Of a DNA stretch of 64,000 nucleotides, positions 27,929-40,949 are shown piece after piece. The position numbers and the translations under genes are program-made. Origin of the DNA: Octopus vulgaris. Lineage: Eukaryota. The notes under the pieces are model-generated. The model did not search any database, was not told the origin of the DNA, and saw nothing but the letters and a program-made list of their open reading frames with translations. The DNA is taken from NCBI GenBank assembly GCA_951406725.2, contig OX597815.1:141918001-141982000 (forward strand), in the 5' to 3' direction. Each line of letters begins with the position of its first letter. Position 1 is the first letter of the stretch.

Positions 27929-28302
27929 ATAATAAATATTTTTCACAATATATTACATATGACGTCTATTTTCTATTTTGTCATTTATCGTGGAACAGTT
28001 TCCTATATTTGCAGTGCCTAAGTAATTTATTAGAGATATGTAGTGTTTTCAGAACTATCTCCTGTAGATGACCCTGCATTTTCAGTGATATGACACCTAA
28101 AGCATATAGCCACTGGAGTTACCGTGTGATTTAGATTTAGAATTTCTAAATTTCATTTATTTTAAATTTATTTCTTTCTTGTCTACGTTTTGTGAGACAC
28201 TTTCAGAATGGCACGTGTCAATACCTGATATACATACTATGTGACACTATATTCACTTGGAATGCAGAGAGACTGTGCCAATAAAAAGAAAAGTTTAGCT
28301 TC

Positions 28303-29212
28303 TATTGGATCATCCCATAAATAATGCCGTTTTTTTCAATTGCATGAAGTAAAAGTTGGAGGGGTACGAGATAAACTACCTACATCAACTTCCTATAAAA
28401 GCAGGTAGTAATTATACCTTGTCCTTATATTTAGTACAAGTTTTGAAGAGTGCAATTGTATTTTAACATTTATCTTTTCAAATTTATAATGAAAGTGACG
28501 AAGTGGTATATTCGGCATATTTTGCTTTATAAACGCAAAAACGCAACGTAAAGTGCGGGGAATATTAGTGCAGTATATGAGGATCAGACTATAAGCCTAA
28601 GAGAGTATCAACCGTGTTTCAGCCGGAAACTACAGCGTAGACGATGAGCCTCGTCTTGGAACATCTGTAGAACTCGTCGAGGATGACCCGCAGCTCGAAG
28701 TGGAAGAAACTTCCATCGTAACGGTTGAGGAACTAGCAGAGAATCTTGGATTTGGTCGGTCAACGAGTCATTTAAGTTAGTGCTGGAAGGAAAAAGACCA
28801 TCTTTGGTTTCAAGACGAGTGATGTTCTTTCGTCAGGAGAATGCTCGGCCACATACAATTATGATGACATTCCAAAGGCTGGAGCAGTTTTAATGGGAAA
28901 CGATGTCCCGCCTACCCTATTCGCCGGACACTGTCTCATCTGATTTTCATTTATTCCGTAATCTTCAAAATCATCTAGACGGAAAATGTATGAATTTTTT
29001 ACACGAGGTCAAAATAGTACAGGAGGAGTATTTTTCGTCACGGACGAGTGAATTTTGGAAGAGGGGGAGTCTTGCAAGTCTACCAGGTAGATGGTAGAGC
29101 ATTGTAGAAAATGAAGGAGAGTATATTGTAGATTAAACAAGTGCTTTGTTTCTCTTAATTTTGAAAAGTAAAAGAAGTATAAAAAACGCATAATGTATGG
29201 GATGACCCAATA
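28303..29212 (+). mobile_element. Internally deleted mariner transposon
   Basis: TIRs TA-ttggatcatcccataaataatgc / gcataatgtatgggatgacccaa-TA. N-terminus MKVTKWYIRHILLY near 28489; C-terminus PYSPDTVSSDFHLFRNLQNHLDGK (mariner YSPDL motif). Confidence 0.9.
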
Positions 29213-31859
29213 TTTTTGCCAGATTTCCGTTCTCAATAGCAGGGGAGAACATTGAGGTGTTGATAGAGCCTTCCGTACGTTAATTACGTTTGATATTTCC
29301 ATAGAAAATTTAAGCATTCGGCAGGTTGTAATTCTAGTCGCAGGGACTTTTATAGGATCCCTTCAAACATACAACTGTATACCTCATTCTGTGCAACAGG
29401 TACATTAAGTTCATTAGAAATTATCATATGCACTCAATTAAAAAAACCTGATCCATTCGCACATGATGCCATCTGAATCTGAGGCCTGTGAATTGACAAT
29501 CAATTAGTCTGCATACAGATATTCCCTTCACTAACAGGCATACCGTCTACCTTCGGACATCGATCACACAATTGATTTTCTCTACGTATAACAATGAAGC
29601 TTTAAAAGTATTACTTTTACTTACTTCTACTATATATGTGCGTAAGTCTAATTTTTCGAGGCGATAATTTGTGTCCAATGATTATATTTATTTATTTATT
29701 TATTTATTTATTGTCAAGCAAATGATTTGATGCGAGTCTGTTTTGAAACTAAAACAATTATTGTGTGGAAGACACACTAGCAAATACAGTTAATATCATT
29801 TAAGCATTACTCATTTAGTGTCGACATCTTCGAGCCGACAGCGTCTGGTTTGTGACGAGGTAGCTAGTTAGTATATATGGGTTCCAGTGTTATTGATATC
29901 TGGGTTTTCTTTTCTGTATAACTCAGTTAAGTTGGTTGTATTTATGTATCATCTCTTCTTTCCCACTCTCTTTCCTTTAGCATTATATGCAGTAAGGTAC
30001 AAGATTAGTGATTCCCAAAAAGTGTATCTATCGGAAGCTACTGAAGAACAAGGACAACAGGAAAATGTCTACGCTAATACCCAATAATAATACGAACTTT
30101 ACTCAACGTCTTAACGTCACGTTTTATCTCTTACATATACAATGGCTCCATTCCGCTCAGCGTCTTACTTCACAGATGTTTATAAGTTTATCTCTTATTG
30201 CTAATTACAGTACTTACTTGCATGATGCATCTTCCTTCATTTATGCTCTGCTTAGCATGAAAAATAGAACTACATGTAGAGGCCTGGTTTTATCCCTGCT
30301 TTTGTGTCTTAGAATAGTTTCAAATTTCGTCAGAGCGGGGATCATAGACGGTGATATGTACACATTTTATTTATTAGAAATAGTTAAATGCTCGTTCAAA
30401 TTATTGACAGTTTATACCATATTCCGTGATATTCTCTTCTGATACCTGTCTGCCCTTCAGTTTCTTCCATTGCCACTAGATTACCCACAACAATACATCA
30501 ACTTACATATACGTTACTTGGAGCGTCCGTTGAGAGAAAACATACAAAGAATAACAATCACATTTCACTTATGATTAAAAAGTTCTATCATTAAGTAGGA
30601 CAGTATTATCTAAAACACGGCATCTTTTTTATCTATATATTTTTTATAAAGCAATATAATGATGGGACACAATTTGTATATATAATACTGCAATCTTTCA
30701 AACGTCGTACTTTGAAATGTAGTATATGGATCATAGCATTTAGATTTTACTTCCTTGAAATCTCATATAAAATCTACTTATCTTAACTCAATAAAGAAAC
30801 CGGTATTGTTGGAGTTTACATTTATATTTATCCTGACAACACCTAATAGGAAGCAGAATGATATTTCAAACACTTTCGTACTCATTTCAACTATTTCAAG
30901 TCTTCAGATGTTTAAATTCTAATGATTCAAAATAACACACAAACCATTGAAGAATAATAAACTCACTTAATTCAATGAGATAGGAACTGCGAATCTTCAT
31001 ATTTCACAGCACTTATTGCAGTGAAAATAATGATATAGTGTCTTCTGAAGTGTTTTGATTGCTGCGCTGTAGAGAACTGTTTAAATGCAAATACAATCTT
31101 AAGGCGGAGTACTGGCGGAGAATAAATTATACAATTCCAAAGCTTAAATTATCGCAATTCCAAGTGGCACTTCTATTTAAAATAGATAATGTGCAGTGTC
31201 CACTACATCAAACATGACGTAGATAAAACAGATGATGAATATAAAAACGAGTACTCTTGACAAGTAGAAGCAAACTGACCCTTAAACATATACTTATGCA
31301 ACATGAAAAGGTAGGGCATAAGATAAATTATGAATTAAGTTATGAAGTTACATATTGCAATTTATAATTTAACTATACATTATTTTGAAATACTGATTCA
31401 TCTCAACTACATAATTCTCGCACGCACAAGCACACACATATTCCTCTATACCCATACATACACATACCCACACTCACATATATGAGTACATATACTTACA
31501 TAATTACACAGACACACACACATTTACATATATATGTGTGTGTATGTATGTCTGTATGTATGTATTATACAGGCATAGCGAATAAAACATTCTAGTAACA
31601 GAAAGAAAAATATATTAACGTGAATCAATTAACACCTTCTCTCATCCAATTATTGCAATAGTTTCCAATAATTAAGAAAAGAATAATTGGAGATTTGGAT
31701 CAAGTCGACCCCGAGCAATTTGACCACATAGACCTGCTTCGCGAAGCCTCGAGCCACAGGGCCACTGCATTTTCTTGGTCACTAGGTCACAGTTTGAATC
31801 ACCATAGTTTGCATGGTGTCCGACATTTTGGTGGTAGTATGTTCTGCGTTTGACGACAG

Positions 31860-33452
31860 GCTTCTTCTACAGTATATTTGGAGCTGGATGTCTTTCATGG
31901 TCCCTTGTTTCAGTATAGTACTAGCTCAAAGAATGAATGTTTAGAGAAGTGTCATACCTCGTCATTCCGATAGATGGATGTTCGCCCTAACCAGTGAGCA
32001 GATGTCGGTGTTCATTACAGGAAACCAACCCCGAAAACTGTACAAAAACTGGCTACAGAGTTTCGATAAATTGATGCAATTATGATAGAGAATGGCATTA
32101 ATTGGTTAGCAATTGGGCTGCTTGAACCTATTGGAGTACCGGAAGTTGACCATCATGCAGACCTTGATCACCCAGACATTGCAACACTTACTGATTAACA
32201 GAGACTGATAGTTAATGCAATGCTGTGCTTGAATCTGTAGTTAGGAAGAGGAGAGGTGAGGTGCCCAACCACTCCTGTTTCTATGTAGACGCACCAGGAG
32301 ATTGTGGTAAAAAATGTTTAATACCATAATGTCTGTTCTGCAAAGGAACAACTGCGACGTGTGTAGTAGTGCTTGGACAGGCATTGCCTATACACTACTG
32401 TCAGGTGGAAAGACTATCTATCATTTGTTTCAGTTGCCTGTCCCACTCATGGAGGCCAGCGTTTGCAATGTACCAGCCACTTCAGACCGTTCAAATCATT
32501 TACGAAGCCTGTATTTGATGATCTTGGATGAGGCTTCTCTGTTCCCTTCATTTGCTCTTCACGCTAGTGATAAAGCTTTGCGAGATATCACTGGCATTGT
32601 TGCTATTTGTGGTGGTAAAGCTGTGCTCTTGTGGGGAGATTTTAGGCAAGTTTTCTTCTGTGGCTGAATTTCATCCAATACAGATTAAGCCAAAGCATCA
32701 GGGCAACAGCAGATCAAAGGGAATTTGCAGCAAGGCTCTTGCATCTTAGCAATGGAACATATGCAGCTCCACAACATCCTAATCTATGATGACATAGAAG
32801 TGCCTCAAAGTTCGTGCGTTGACGAGTCTCTGGTGGATGATATCTTCAACAGTCATCTGTGGAAGAGAGAAGAAGCAGAGTAACTTTTGACTCCTGATCA
32901 ACGATGAAGCTTTAAGGCAACTTCCACGTGACTGCCGCACCTATTATAGTACAGATAAAGTTTTGACAGATGCTCCTCTGAGGCTGAGCGCTATCCACTT
33001 GAATTTCTAAACTATTTGACACCATCAGAAATGCCGCCTCATAAACTGAGTTTAAAACCCGGCTCAATCATAATGCTTCTTCGTAACATTTCTATCCAAG
33101 CATCAAGATTCAATCGAGACTTCTTTGATTAGCGGCTCACTAATTTGCAGACGTGTCTTCATCCCCAGAATAAAGCTGGCTCCAAGCGACCTTAACTTGC
33201 CATTCACCTTCGAGAGAACACAGTTTCATCTTCATTTGTTATATGCCATGACTATTAAGTCAAAGGGGCAGATATTTGAGAAGGTGGGAATGTTCTTACC
33301 TCAGCCAGTGTTCAATCATGGGTAGTTGTATGTGGCATACTTTAGAGCTCGCAAAATCTCAGATGTAAGGGTTAAGTGATGGAGACAGGCATACAAGGAA
33401 GAAGAAAGGAGGAACTTACTAATAACACTGTCTGCCGAGAGGTACTGACTTG
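31860..33452 (+). mobile_element. Helitron PIF1-like helicase relic
   Basis: FYVDAPGDCGK (Walker A), SSAWTGIAYTLLSGGKTIYHLFQLP, ILDEAS, GGKAVLLWGDFRQ, EFLNYLTPSEMPPHKL, IPRIKLAPSDLNLPF, YAMTIKSKGQ, PVFNHG*LYVA; frameshifted. Confidence 0.9.
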
Positions 33453-33534
33453 AAGGAGTGGGGTGTTTTTAAAAATTCTGGAGACCCTTGATTGCATTAG
33501 ATATGTGTCCTTGGTTTTTATTTATGCATACATA

Positions 33535-33566
<32 letters not shown>

Positions 33567-33580
33567 TACACACACACACG

Positions 33581-33613
<33 letters not shown>

Positions 33614-33766
33614 ATTTAGAGGAATGACCACTAAAGTGCACACCCTATATGCTAAACATAGACGTCGAATCACCATTACCACGAAGAATGTATTCTCAAG
33701 AAAAAATCTCAGCAAATGTAAAAACTAAGCAAGACAAATGAAAACGTACGAAATAAAAACGATTAT

Positions 33767-33842
33767 CTACGCAGTATTGGTTTCACTTGTTAATATCTAC
33801 GCATATAAAACACGCAGACATCTGCAAGATCATCAGCGTAGT
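33767..33842 (-). ncRNA. Hammerhead-like motif, left arm of foldback
   Basis: ACTACG CTGATGA TCTTG...CAAGT GAAAC CAAT ACTG CGTAG: core intact, cleavage region decayed. Confidence 0.65.
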
Positions 33843-33892
33843 CTGTCGCTTACAAAACACAATTTCCAGAACTTGTGTTTTGTAAGCGACAG

Positions 33893-33970
33893 ACTACGCT
33901 AATGATCTTACAGATGTGTCTGCGTGTTTATATACGTAGATATTAACAAGTGAAATCAATGGTACGTAGT
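33893..33970 (+). ncRNA. Hammerhead-like motif, right arm of foldback
   Basis: ACTACG CTAATGA TCTTA...CAAGT GAAAT CAATG GTA CGTAGT: 6-bp stem I and GUA intact, core G5A. Confidence 0.65.
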
Positions 33971-34226
33971 TAATCGTTTTTATTTCGTATGTTTTCATTT
34001 GTCTTGCTCATTTTTTACTTTTTGGAGTTTTGCTGAGATTATTTTTTCTTGAGAACTTATTCTTCGTGGTAATGGCGATTTGACGTCTATGTTTAGTATA
34101 TAGGGTGACCACTTTAGTTGCCATTCCTCTAAATTGTGTATGTATCACAATTTTTAATTTTCGATGTTTTAAATATACTAAGCCACATATTTTAATTAAC
34201 ATCAATTTCTACCCTTATTATTTGAT

Positions 34227-34316
<90 letters not shown>

Positions 34317-34319
34317 CAC

Positions 34320-34355
<36 letters not shown>

Positions 34356-34734
34356 TTAAGGTTTAGCAAAAAGTTGCTTCACCACATACCGAAAATTTAG
34401 ACATAACAGTCAAAACAGCTCATTCCTTTAACTACAATATAACTCTACAGACAGCAATACTCGTAACTCACATAGGTAAAAAGAAGAATAAAATAGCGGA
34501 ATCAACCAGTCTTCGATTAATCAGGTACGCGTTTCGAGAAATGCTATAGAATTCTACATAGTCTACAATCTATAACCTGAATGACGCAGCTCATTCTGAT
34601 ACTGGAAAAATGTCAGCAAGGACAAATCACAGTGCGTCATAGTTTCTAGGATTACCTTGGCCACCAAATCACGTGCCCTCGCCCAGCAGTTGTTCTGTGA
34701 TCTTTTCTCAATCCTTTCACCCACATTAACCATT

Positions 34735-34962
34735 AGAAGAAGAAGAAGAAGAAGAAGAAGAAGAAGAAGAAGAAGAAAAGAAGAAAAGAAGAAGAAGAAG
34801 ATGATGATGAAGATGAAGAGGAGGAGGATGAAGATGATGAAGAAGAAGAAGAAGAAGAAGAAGAAGAAGAAAAGAAGAAGAAGAAGAAGAAGAAGAAGAA
34901 GAAGAAGAAGAAGAAGAAGAAGAAGAAGAAGAAGAAGAAAAAAGAAGAAGAAGAAGAAGAAG
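34735..34962. repeat. (GAA)n-rich purine tract
   Basis: ~230 bp of GAA with GAT/GAG variants; gives the poly-R/K and poly-L/F ORFs. Confidence 0.95.
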
Positions 34963-35611
34963 AATGGTGTCAAATTTTAGCCCAAGGTCAGATGACTTCG
35001 CTGATTGAATGTGCACTTGTTTACAATTTTGTATGTGTTGCAATATAGTGTCTACTGATTTAGAGATCGCTTTGATTGTTGGATGGTAATACCTGTATGG
35101 TGTGTATGCCAGTAATAAAAAATGCTCATCTATTTCTACCAATTTTCCAGCGTTTGAATTTTTTTTCTTGCTACATTCCCAATCGAAACAGTTTGGTCAC
35201 ATGAATGGATGTCATTTTTCGTTAATTTCACAATCTTCATTAGTAGAATTAGCTGGGATCTAACAGACACGGTAGATATTAATATTTCATCTCAATCATC
35301 TCTTAATCTTCAGTCTAATCTATCTTGTTTATCGTCCTTAGTATCAGCTTCAGCAGACAATGTATCAAATTTAGAGTCAGGGGTAGTTAGAAACCTGTAT
35401 TAAACTTTAACTTAATCATAATCAAAGCCGTTTCTTCATGGCCAAAACGCTTTACGTCTGTGTGTGCTTGTGTATACATACGTACATAAACATATGTGTG
35501 TGTGTGTGTTTGCATGTATGTATGAGAGAAAGAGACAGTGTGAGCGTGTATGTGCGTGGCAGTAAGCAAGCATATACCTAATACACGTATATATATATCT
35601 ACACACAAACA

Positions 35612-35661
<50 letters not shown>

Positions 35662-36044
35662 AGCAGTAGAGAGAGGGAGAGGATCTATTTGTACTTTTTT
35701 ACTCCTATGTTTTTTGGGAATATGAAACTTAATAAATATCATTTCAGCATAAATACTTCGCTGTTCTGCTGTCAGCAATCAGCAGTAGTCTTCAAGGACA
35801 AGATTTTATCAAGACTTGTTGACTTCAAAACTTGACTACCGGAAAAACTATTTTTATGCCACTTCGTCTGTATGGCAGTGTAGATTTCACCCCAATTCTA
35901 TCAAATTCCTCCTCTTACTCTCCCTCATTTGTCTTCTCTCTCTTTCTCACGTTTTGCTTTTCGTTTACTCGCAGTTATCTGCATTTATGAAGACAGAATT
36001 CTGCATTTTTTTTTCCTTTTTTGCTACAAAAATATTCAGAAAAA

Positions 36045-36203
36045 ATGAGATACTTGACTGGGATTCGCAGCTACGTCAGTAAAGCCTTAACTTACCAAAA
36101 TATTCCGGTTTTGGCAACTGGGGCCTATGCAATTTTGCTATTGATACTTCTGGCATTTCAGTCTGTACATATCACCCAACTAGAAAAACGTACTATTGGC
36201 TCC
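36045..36203 (+). CDS. Short-chain collagen C4/NC1-like protein, coding exon 1 (signal anchor)
   Basis: ATG 36045: MRYLTGIRSYVSKALTYQNIPVLATGAYAILLLILLAFQSVHITQLEKRTIGS. Strong phase-0 donor GTAAGT at 36204; candidate acceptors with pyrimidine tracts end at 36039 and 35974. Confidence 0.7.
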
Positions 36204-36429
36204 GTAAGTCATTTATTTATACTTATTTATATAGAATATGATCGTAGAGAATCATTTCTCGAAATATATTTTTAAATTGAACATAATTATGCATACACAC
36301 ACTTATATGACACAAACAAGCACACACACACATACACAGATGTAAATATATGTATATAAGCATGCATATATATAAATATGCATATGTATATGTGTGTGTA
36401 TGCCTGTTTGTGCATATGTGTATGCGTAT

Positions 36430-36795
36430 CTTATGTACTTGTTAGTCATTAAACTGCGACATACTGAGGCATCTCCTTCAAGGGCTTAGTCTAACAAATC
36501 GACTCTAGTAGTAATTATATTTCATTTCAGTTTATTGTACTTATAGTATTACTATCTTGTGCCCAATAGGTTAAGGAGACGTAAGCACAACAAAGATGTT
36601 GTAGAGCTCTTGTGTGGGTGGGACAAGCGAAAACGCAAGGACAAAACAAGAATCTATATATATATACGTATGCATAAGACAGGCTAATTTCAGTTTGTTT
36701 ATGTCTTGAAAATACCTTCCAAAGGTAATGTTCTGACGGTGTCTGAACCCGGAACCCTGTTGTTGGGAAGAAGCGTTCTTACCACATGGCCACTC
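36430..36795 (-). mobile_element. Degenerate SINE in intron 1
   Basis: gtcattaaactgcgacatactgaggca...ctgaacccggaacc...cttaccacatggccact; same family as 39196-39530. Confidence 0.65.
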
Positions 36796-36930
36796 TATAC
36801 ATATACAAAATATTATATATAGATATATATATGTATATACATAGGTATAAATGTAGTTATATGCATACATATATGTATATAAATAAATAAATGTATATAT
36901 ATATAAATATATACATATATAAACACACAC

Positions 36931-36968
<38 letters not shown>

Positions 36969-37095
36969 ATTATATATATATATGTGTGTGTATGTGTGTG
37001 TGTGTGTGTGTGTGTATGTGTTATGTGTGTATGTATATACATACACAAACATATGTATATGTATCATTGCTTATACCAACAGATTTGTATGTATG

Positions 37096-37126
<31 letters not shown>

Positions 37127-37572
37127 TGCTTGTATGTATCTACGTATGTATGCATGTATCTTTATATGTACGTATGTATGTTTGAACGTCTCCAATCACT
37201 TAAGCAACAATAAACAGAACTGAGTAGAAAAAATTCGAATGAAAGCTTCGTTCTCTCATAATAAACTTGTGGCAGTCCATTGTTTACAACAAAGTTTTGT
37301 GAAAAAACAACAATTGTAATATTTATTCATACAGTAGCTGTGTTGTTTACATTAACATTTATTTTTTTTTTAAATATTAACAATCTCCCTCTATAAGTAT
37401 ACACGCAGAGATATATTCACGTACAGGCACAGAAAAAAATTGTATGTAGTATGTTTTGCGTATACTTATGCATTTAAGAAGGAATCTTTATATTATTATT
37501 CCTTTCTGTGTGTGTGTGTATGTCTCTCCCCACTATCTCTCTCTCTCTACGTATTATATACACACTTATACG

Positions 37573-37615
<43 letters not shown>

Positions 37616-37637
37616 ATGTATATGTATATATGTAAAT

Positions 37638-37870
37638 GTGCATGGCCCAGTGGTAAGAGCATCGAGCTTACGATAGTGAGGTTGCAAGACACTTTATTTT
37701 CTGTTGCTCCAGTTCACACAGCTGTAGAAGTGAGTTACGATGTCACTGGTGCCAAGGCTGTTATGCATGGGCAAGTGCTGGTCTTCCATAAAGAATCTTG
37801 CCTGGACTTTGTCTTGGAGTGTAACTTTCTAGGTGCAATCCCATAGTCATTCACGGCAGAAGGGGTCACC
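37638..37870 (+). mobile_element. tRNA-derived SINE (deleted)
   Basis: A-box TGGCCCAGTGG head; body cagctgtagaa...gtcactggtgccaag shared with 61610-61770. Confidence 0.65.
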
Positions 37871-38086
37871 CATATGTATGTAAATATATATCCAACGAAC
37901 ATATAATATATATATTAATATATGAATATTTTTAAAATCTTAGAGAATAATAAGTATTCCAGGTTATCATGACATTTACTATTTTACACTTTAGTAATGC
38001 AATGTAAACAGTACCATTTATAATATTATTAGGAATTTGGGATTTTACCAACAGAACCGCAACTCCCAAATTTGTATTTATAGATA

Positions 38087-38149
<63 letters not shown>

Positions 38150-38153
<4 letters not shown>

Positions 38154-38970
38154 AAAATGCACCTAAATTTGGTAAACTTGTAATCATTTAAAATAAATTT
38201 ATTTACATATATACCAAACTGGTTTCGACAATATTTTGTCGTTTATTAATGGTATAAATTTTAAATTATGAATTAGAAAAAAAACATCGTTGTTGACAAA
38301 TCAAATAATTCATAAGAGACATAGAATTATTAATTAGAAAGACATATTCAGAAATTTCGATGTTGACAAGTTTACACGTTCATAACCATCAATAATATTA
38401 AAACTATGCATGCATTTGTTTGAATGTACAATGCTCATTTGTGTTAGTAGTGATCGACAAGAAATGAATATCATCAAAGTTTCAGTCATTCTGAGTTATG
38501 GGGGAGGGGAGAAAAGGGAGAAATGAAAATACTAAGAAAAGGGGTTTGGTTTACAGTTTCTCTGATCTCCTATCTGTCGTATGTAGGAACTATCGCTTCT
38601 AGCGGTGTGTTTTGGAATCCGATGAATTTATAAATTTTTCCTTGATGTGATATTTGTTTCGTTAAAGTACTGGTGGCTTGTTTTTCCGGTAGTCAAGTTT
38701 GTCGTCCTGTCTGGTTGGCTTCCCGGATACTATTGTGCCTATTCAGACAAAAGCAGCCATCACACAAGACTCCAGGAATTGAAAACCACACTAATAAACA
38801 AGAATTACCCCAAACCCTTAATCGACAATACGATCCAACGAGTACTTAAATTATATAAACAAGAACTTAGACAACCAAGACTAAAGAAGGAAGAAAAAAT
38901 GAAAACACTGCCTTTACATTTCCACACAAAACCCACAAAACAATGAGGCCTTCAACACTATATTCAACAG
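38150..38970. mobile_element. PLE relic with internal inversion and decayed hammerhead
   Basis: Plus-strand thumb-like fragment HTRLQELKTTLINKNYPKPLIDNTI (38725-38946). Minus-strand terminal repeat with hammerhead relic at 38211-38255 (atacca TTAATAA AC GACAA aata TTGTC GAAACCAGTT tggtat). Confidence 0.65.
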
Positions 38971-39083
38971 CACATTTTAGTTCATATTTTTGTTAAGTTT
39001 TTTCAAAAACCGAAACACGTAAAGGGAAAATTAAAACGTACCCAATTGTAAGACAGTAGCATCTTCGTTACTGTTTTTCATAA

Positions 39084-39146
<63 letters not shown>

Positions 39147-39195
39147 TGTGTGTATGTGTGTATGTGTGTGTGTGTATGTGTGTGTGTGTGTTTTT

Positions 39196-39530
39196 AGGCG
39201 CAGGAGTGGCTCTATGGTAAGTAGGTTCCAGGTTCAGTCCAACTGCGTGGCATATTGGGCAAATATCTCCGGCCATATCCTCGGGCCGACCAAAGCCTTG
39301 TGAGTGGATTTGGTAGATGGGAACAGATAGAAACGCGTCGTATATGTGTGTGTGTGTGTCTGTTTGTCGCCCCGCCACCGCTTCACAACTGATGTTGGTG
39401 TGTTTACGTCCCCAGGCGGTTCGGCTAAAGTGACCGATAGAATAAGTTGTGGGTCGATTTGTTCGAGTAAAGCCGGTGCTCCAGCATGGCCGCAATGATA
39501 TGACTGAAACAAATAAAAGAAGAAAAGAAC
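39196..39530 (+). mobile_element. tRNA-derived SINE with internal (TG)n
   Basis: Head aggcgcaggagtggctctatggtaag, ggttcagtcc B-box-like, tail tgactgaaacaaataaaagaa; many copies in the window. Confidence 0.8.
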
Positions 39531-40736
39531 ATATATATAGTAACAATAACACATCTACTAATTCGGGGATAACTTATCAAATGCATCAGCTGAAAATACG
39601 GATTGAACCTAAGTCGGCCTCTAGCTGTGAAAACTGTAATTATTTAGTTTGTTATGCCCGTTAGATGGATTTTGTTTACGTTTAGTTGTCGTGCATAAAT
39701 GCCGAACAATGTGCCCTCGTTTTCACGAGACAAGGCCTACATTGTCAGCTTCAAGCGTCGTTACCGAGCTCAACTGAATTAATTCTCAAACGAAGCTTCT
39801 AAATTTTCTATTCCTTTGCGTACATACATAGACTACCTGAAGTCTAATGATATTCCCTATTATTTATCCTACTCCGTAGTTTATGTGTCTTCCCCGTACA
39901 GTACTAACTACCATGTCTGTTAATTGAATTTCAAGCAATCTCAACCTTTTCTTTATTATAATAATACCACGCATCACATTAGGTTCACTAACATAATCTC
40001 TCTCGTGTAAGTTCAACTTTTATTCCCCATGTTCCCATTACGTAAATTCTTTTGATTTCCCCTAATTGCGATTGAGCCTTTATACTTTATACTTTAACTA
40101 TGCTAGAAGTATTTTCTGTTTCCATCGTTTTTTTCCTTATTCTCCTTACCTTGATATGCATTCCTCCTCTCCTAACCCTACTGTTATTCCTTTCGTTGAT
40201 TGCTTGTCTCTTCCAGTCTCTCTGTAGAGTCATTTGCAATCCGTAAAAGATATATTGTTTGCTTAGTGAGATTCCTTTGACCACCAGTGGCACTCTCTTC
40301 CATCACACTGATCTTAACATCGCTTTAATCTTCCTGCGTCTCCTTCATATATACTACGTCTATTTAAACCACCTTCGTCATAGAAATTCTCTTCCCTCCA
40401 TCAGTTGTTCATGTCTACATTTCTACCTTTCTTCATCTTTTCTACATCATATATATTCTCCTCCCTCTCCTTGCCTTCTCTTTCTATTCTGCAGTTTACA
40501 TCTCTGGCACTACTATATGAACCAGTATTGCCAAATTTCTCTTGATAAGGGGCCTGATCATTGTAATGCCTCTATATAATCGTTTACTGTGTGCATAGCC
40601 AAGATATTTTACATATTCCAGTTTCAAATTATGAATGTTATGATAAACAGAAATTTCTGAAATTTCCATATATATATTTTTTTCTTTTGATATTTTGCGC
40701 TTATATACTTCTATATACAAAGTGCATTTGTATATA

Positions 40737-40949
40737 TACTATGGTGTGCTGAACAGTTTTTCGCTTTGGGTTAAAGCAAATAGAGCATGATCAGTTCTGA
40801 ATTTATTCAACATATTCCCCTATCAGATTCACACAATTATTGCAGTGGTCCTTTATTTTTTCTAAGCCCTATAAAAGAACTCGGAACATTTGATGCCAAC
40901 ACCTTTCGCGACACTATGAAAGCCATTAACCTTTCAGAGCACCCTCGTA
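40737..40949. mobile_element. Mariner-type MITE
   Basis: Termini ggtgtgctgaa.agtt / aacctttcagagcaccctcgta; body shared with 50443-50602. Confidence 0.75.

Larger units (their letters stand above)
33611..34135. mobile_element. ~525-bp foldback (palindromic) element in a TA microsatellite
   Basis: aaatttagaggaatg...tacaaaacacaa pairs with ttgtgttttgta...cattcctctaaatt; ~10-nt loop near 33863-33872. Confidence 0.9.

Noticed and set aside
27614-28021. Poly-Thr/Ala, poly-Leu and poly-Ser ORFs (mucin- or antifreeze-like)
   Set aside because: A trinucleotide repeat open in several frames, with no convincing splice context.
32279-33452. Host PIF1 helicase gene
   Set aside because: Intronless, with stops and frameshifts and Helitron-type motifs; it is a transposon relic.
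34518-34602. Hammerhead candidate (minus strand GAAACGCGTA cctgat)
   Set aside because: The 3' half fits but no CUGANGA core is recognisable; too decayed to count.
34657-34980. Protamine-like poly-Arg/Lys ORF
   Set aside because: It is a translation of the GAA tract.
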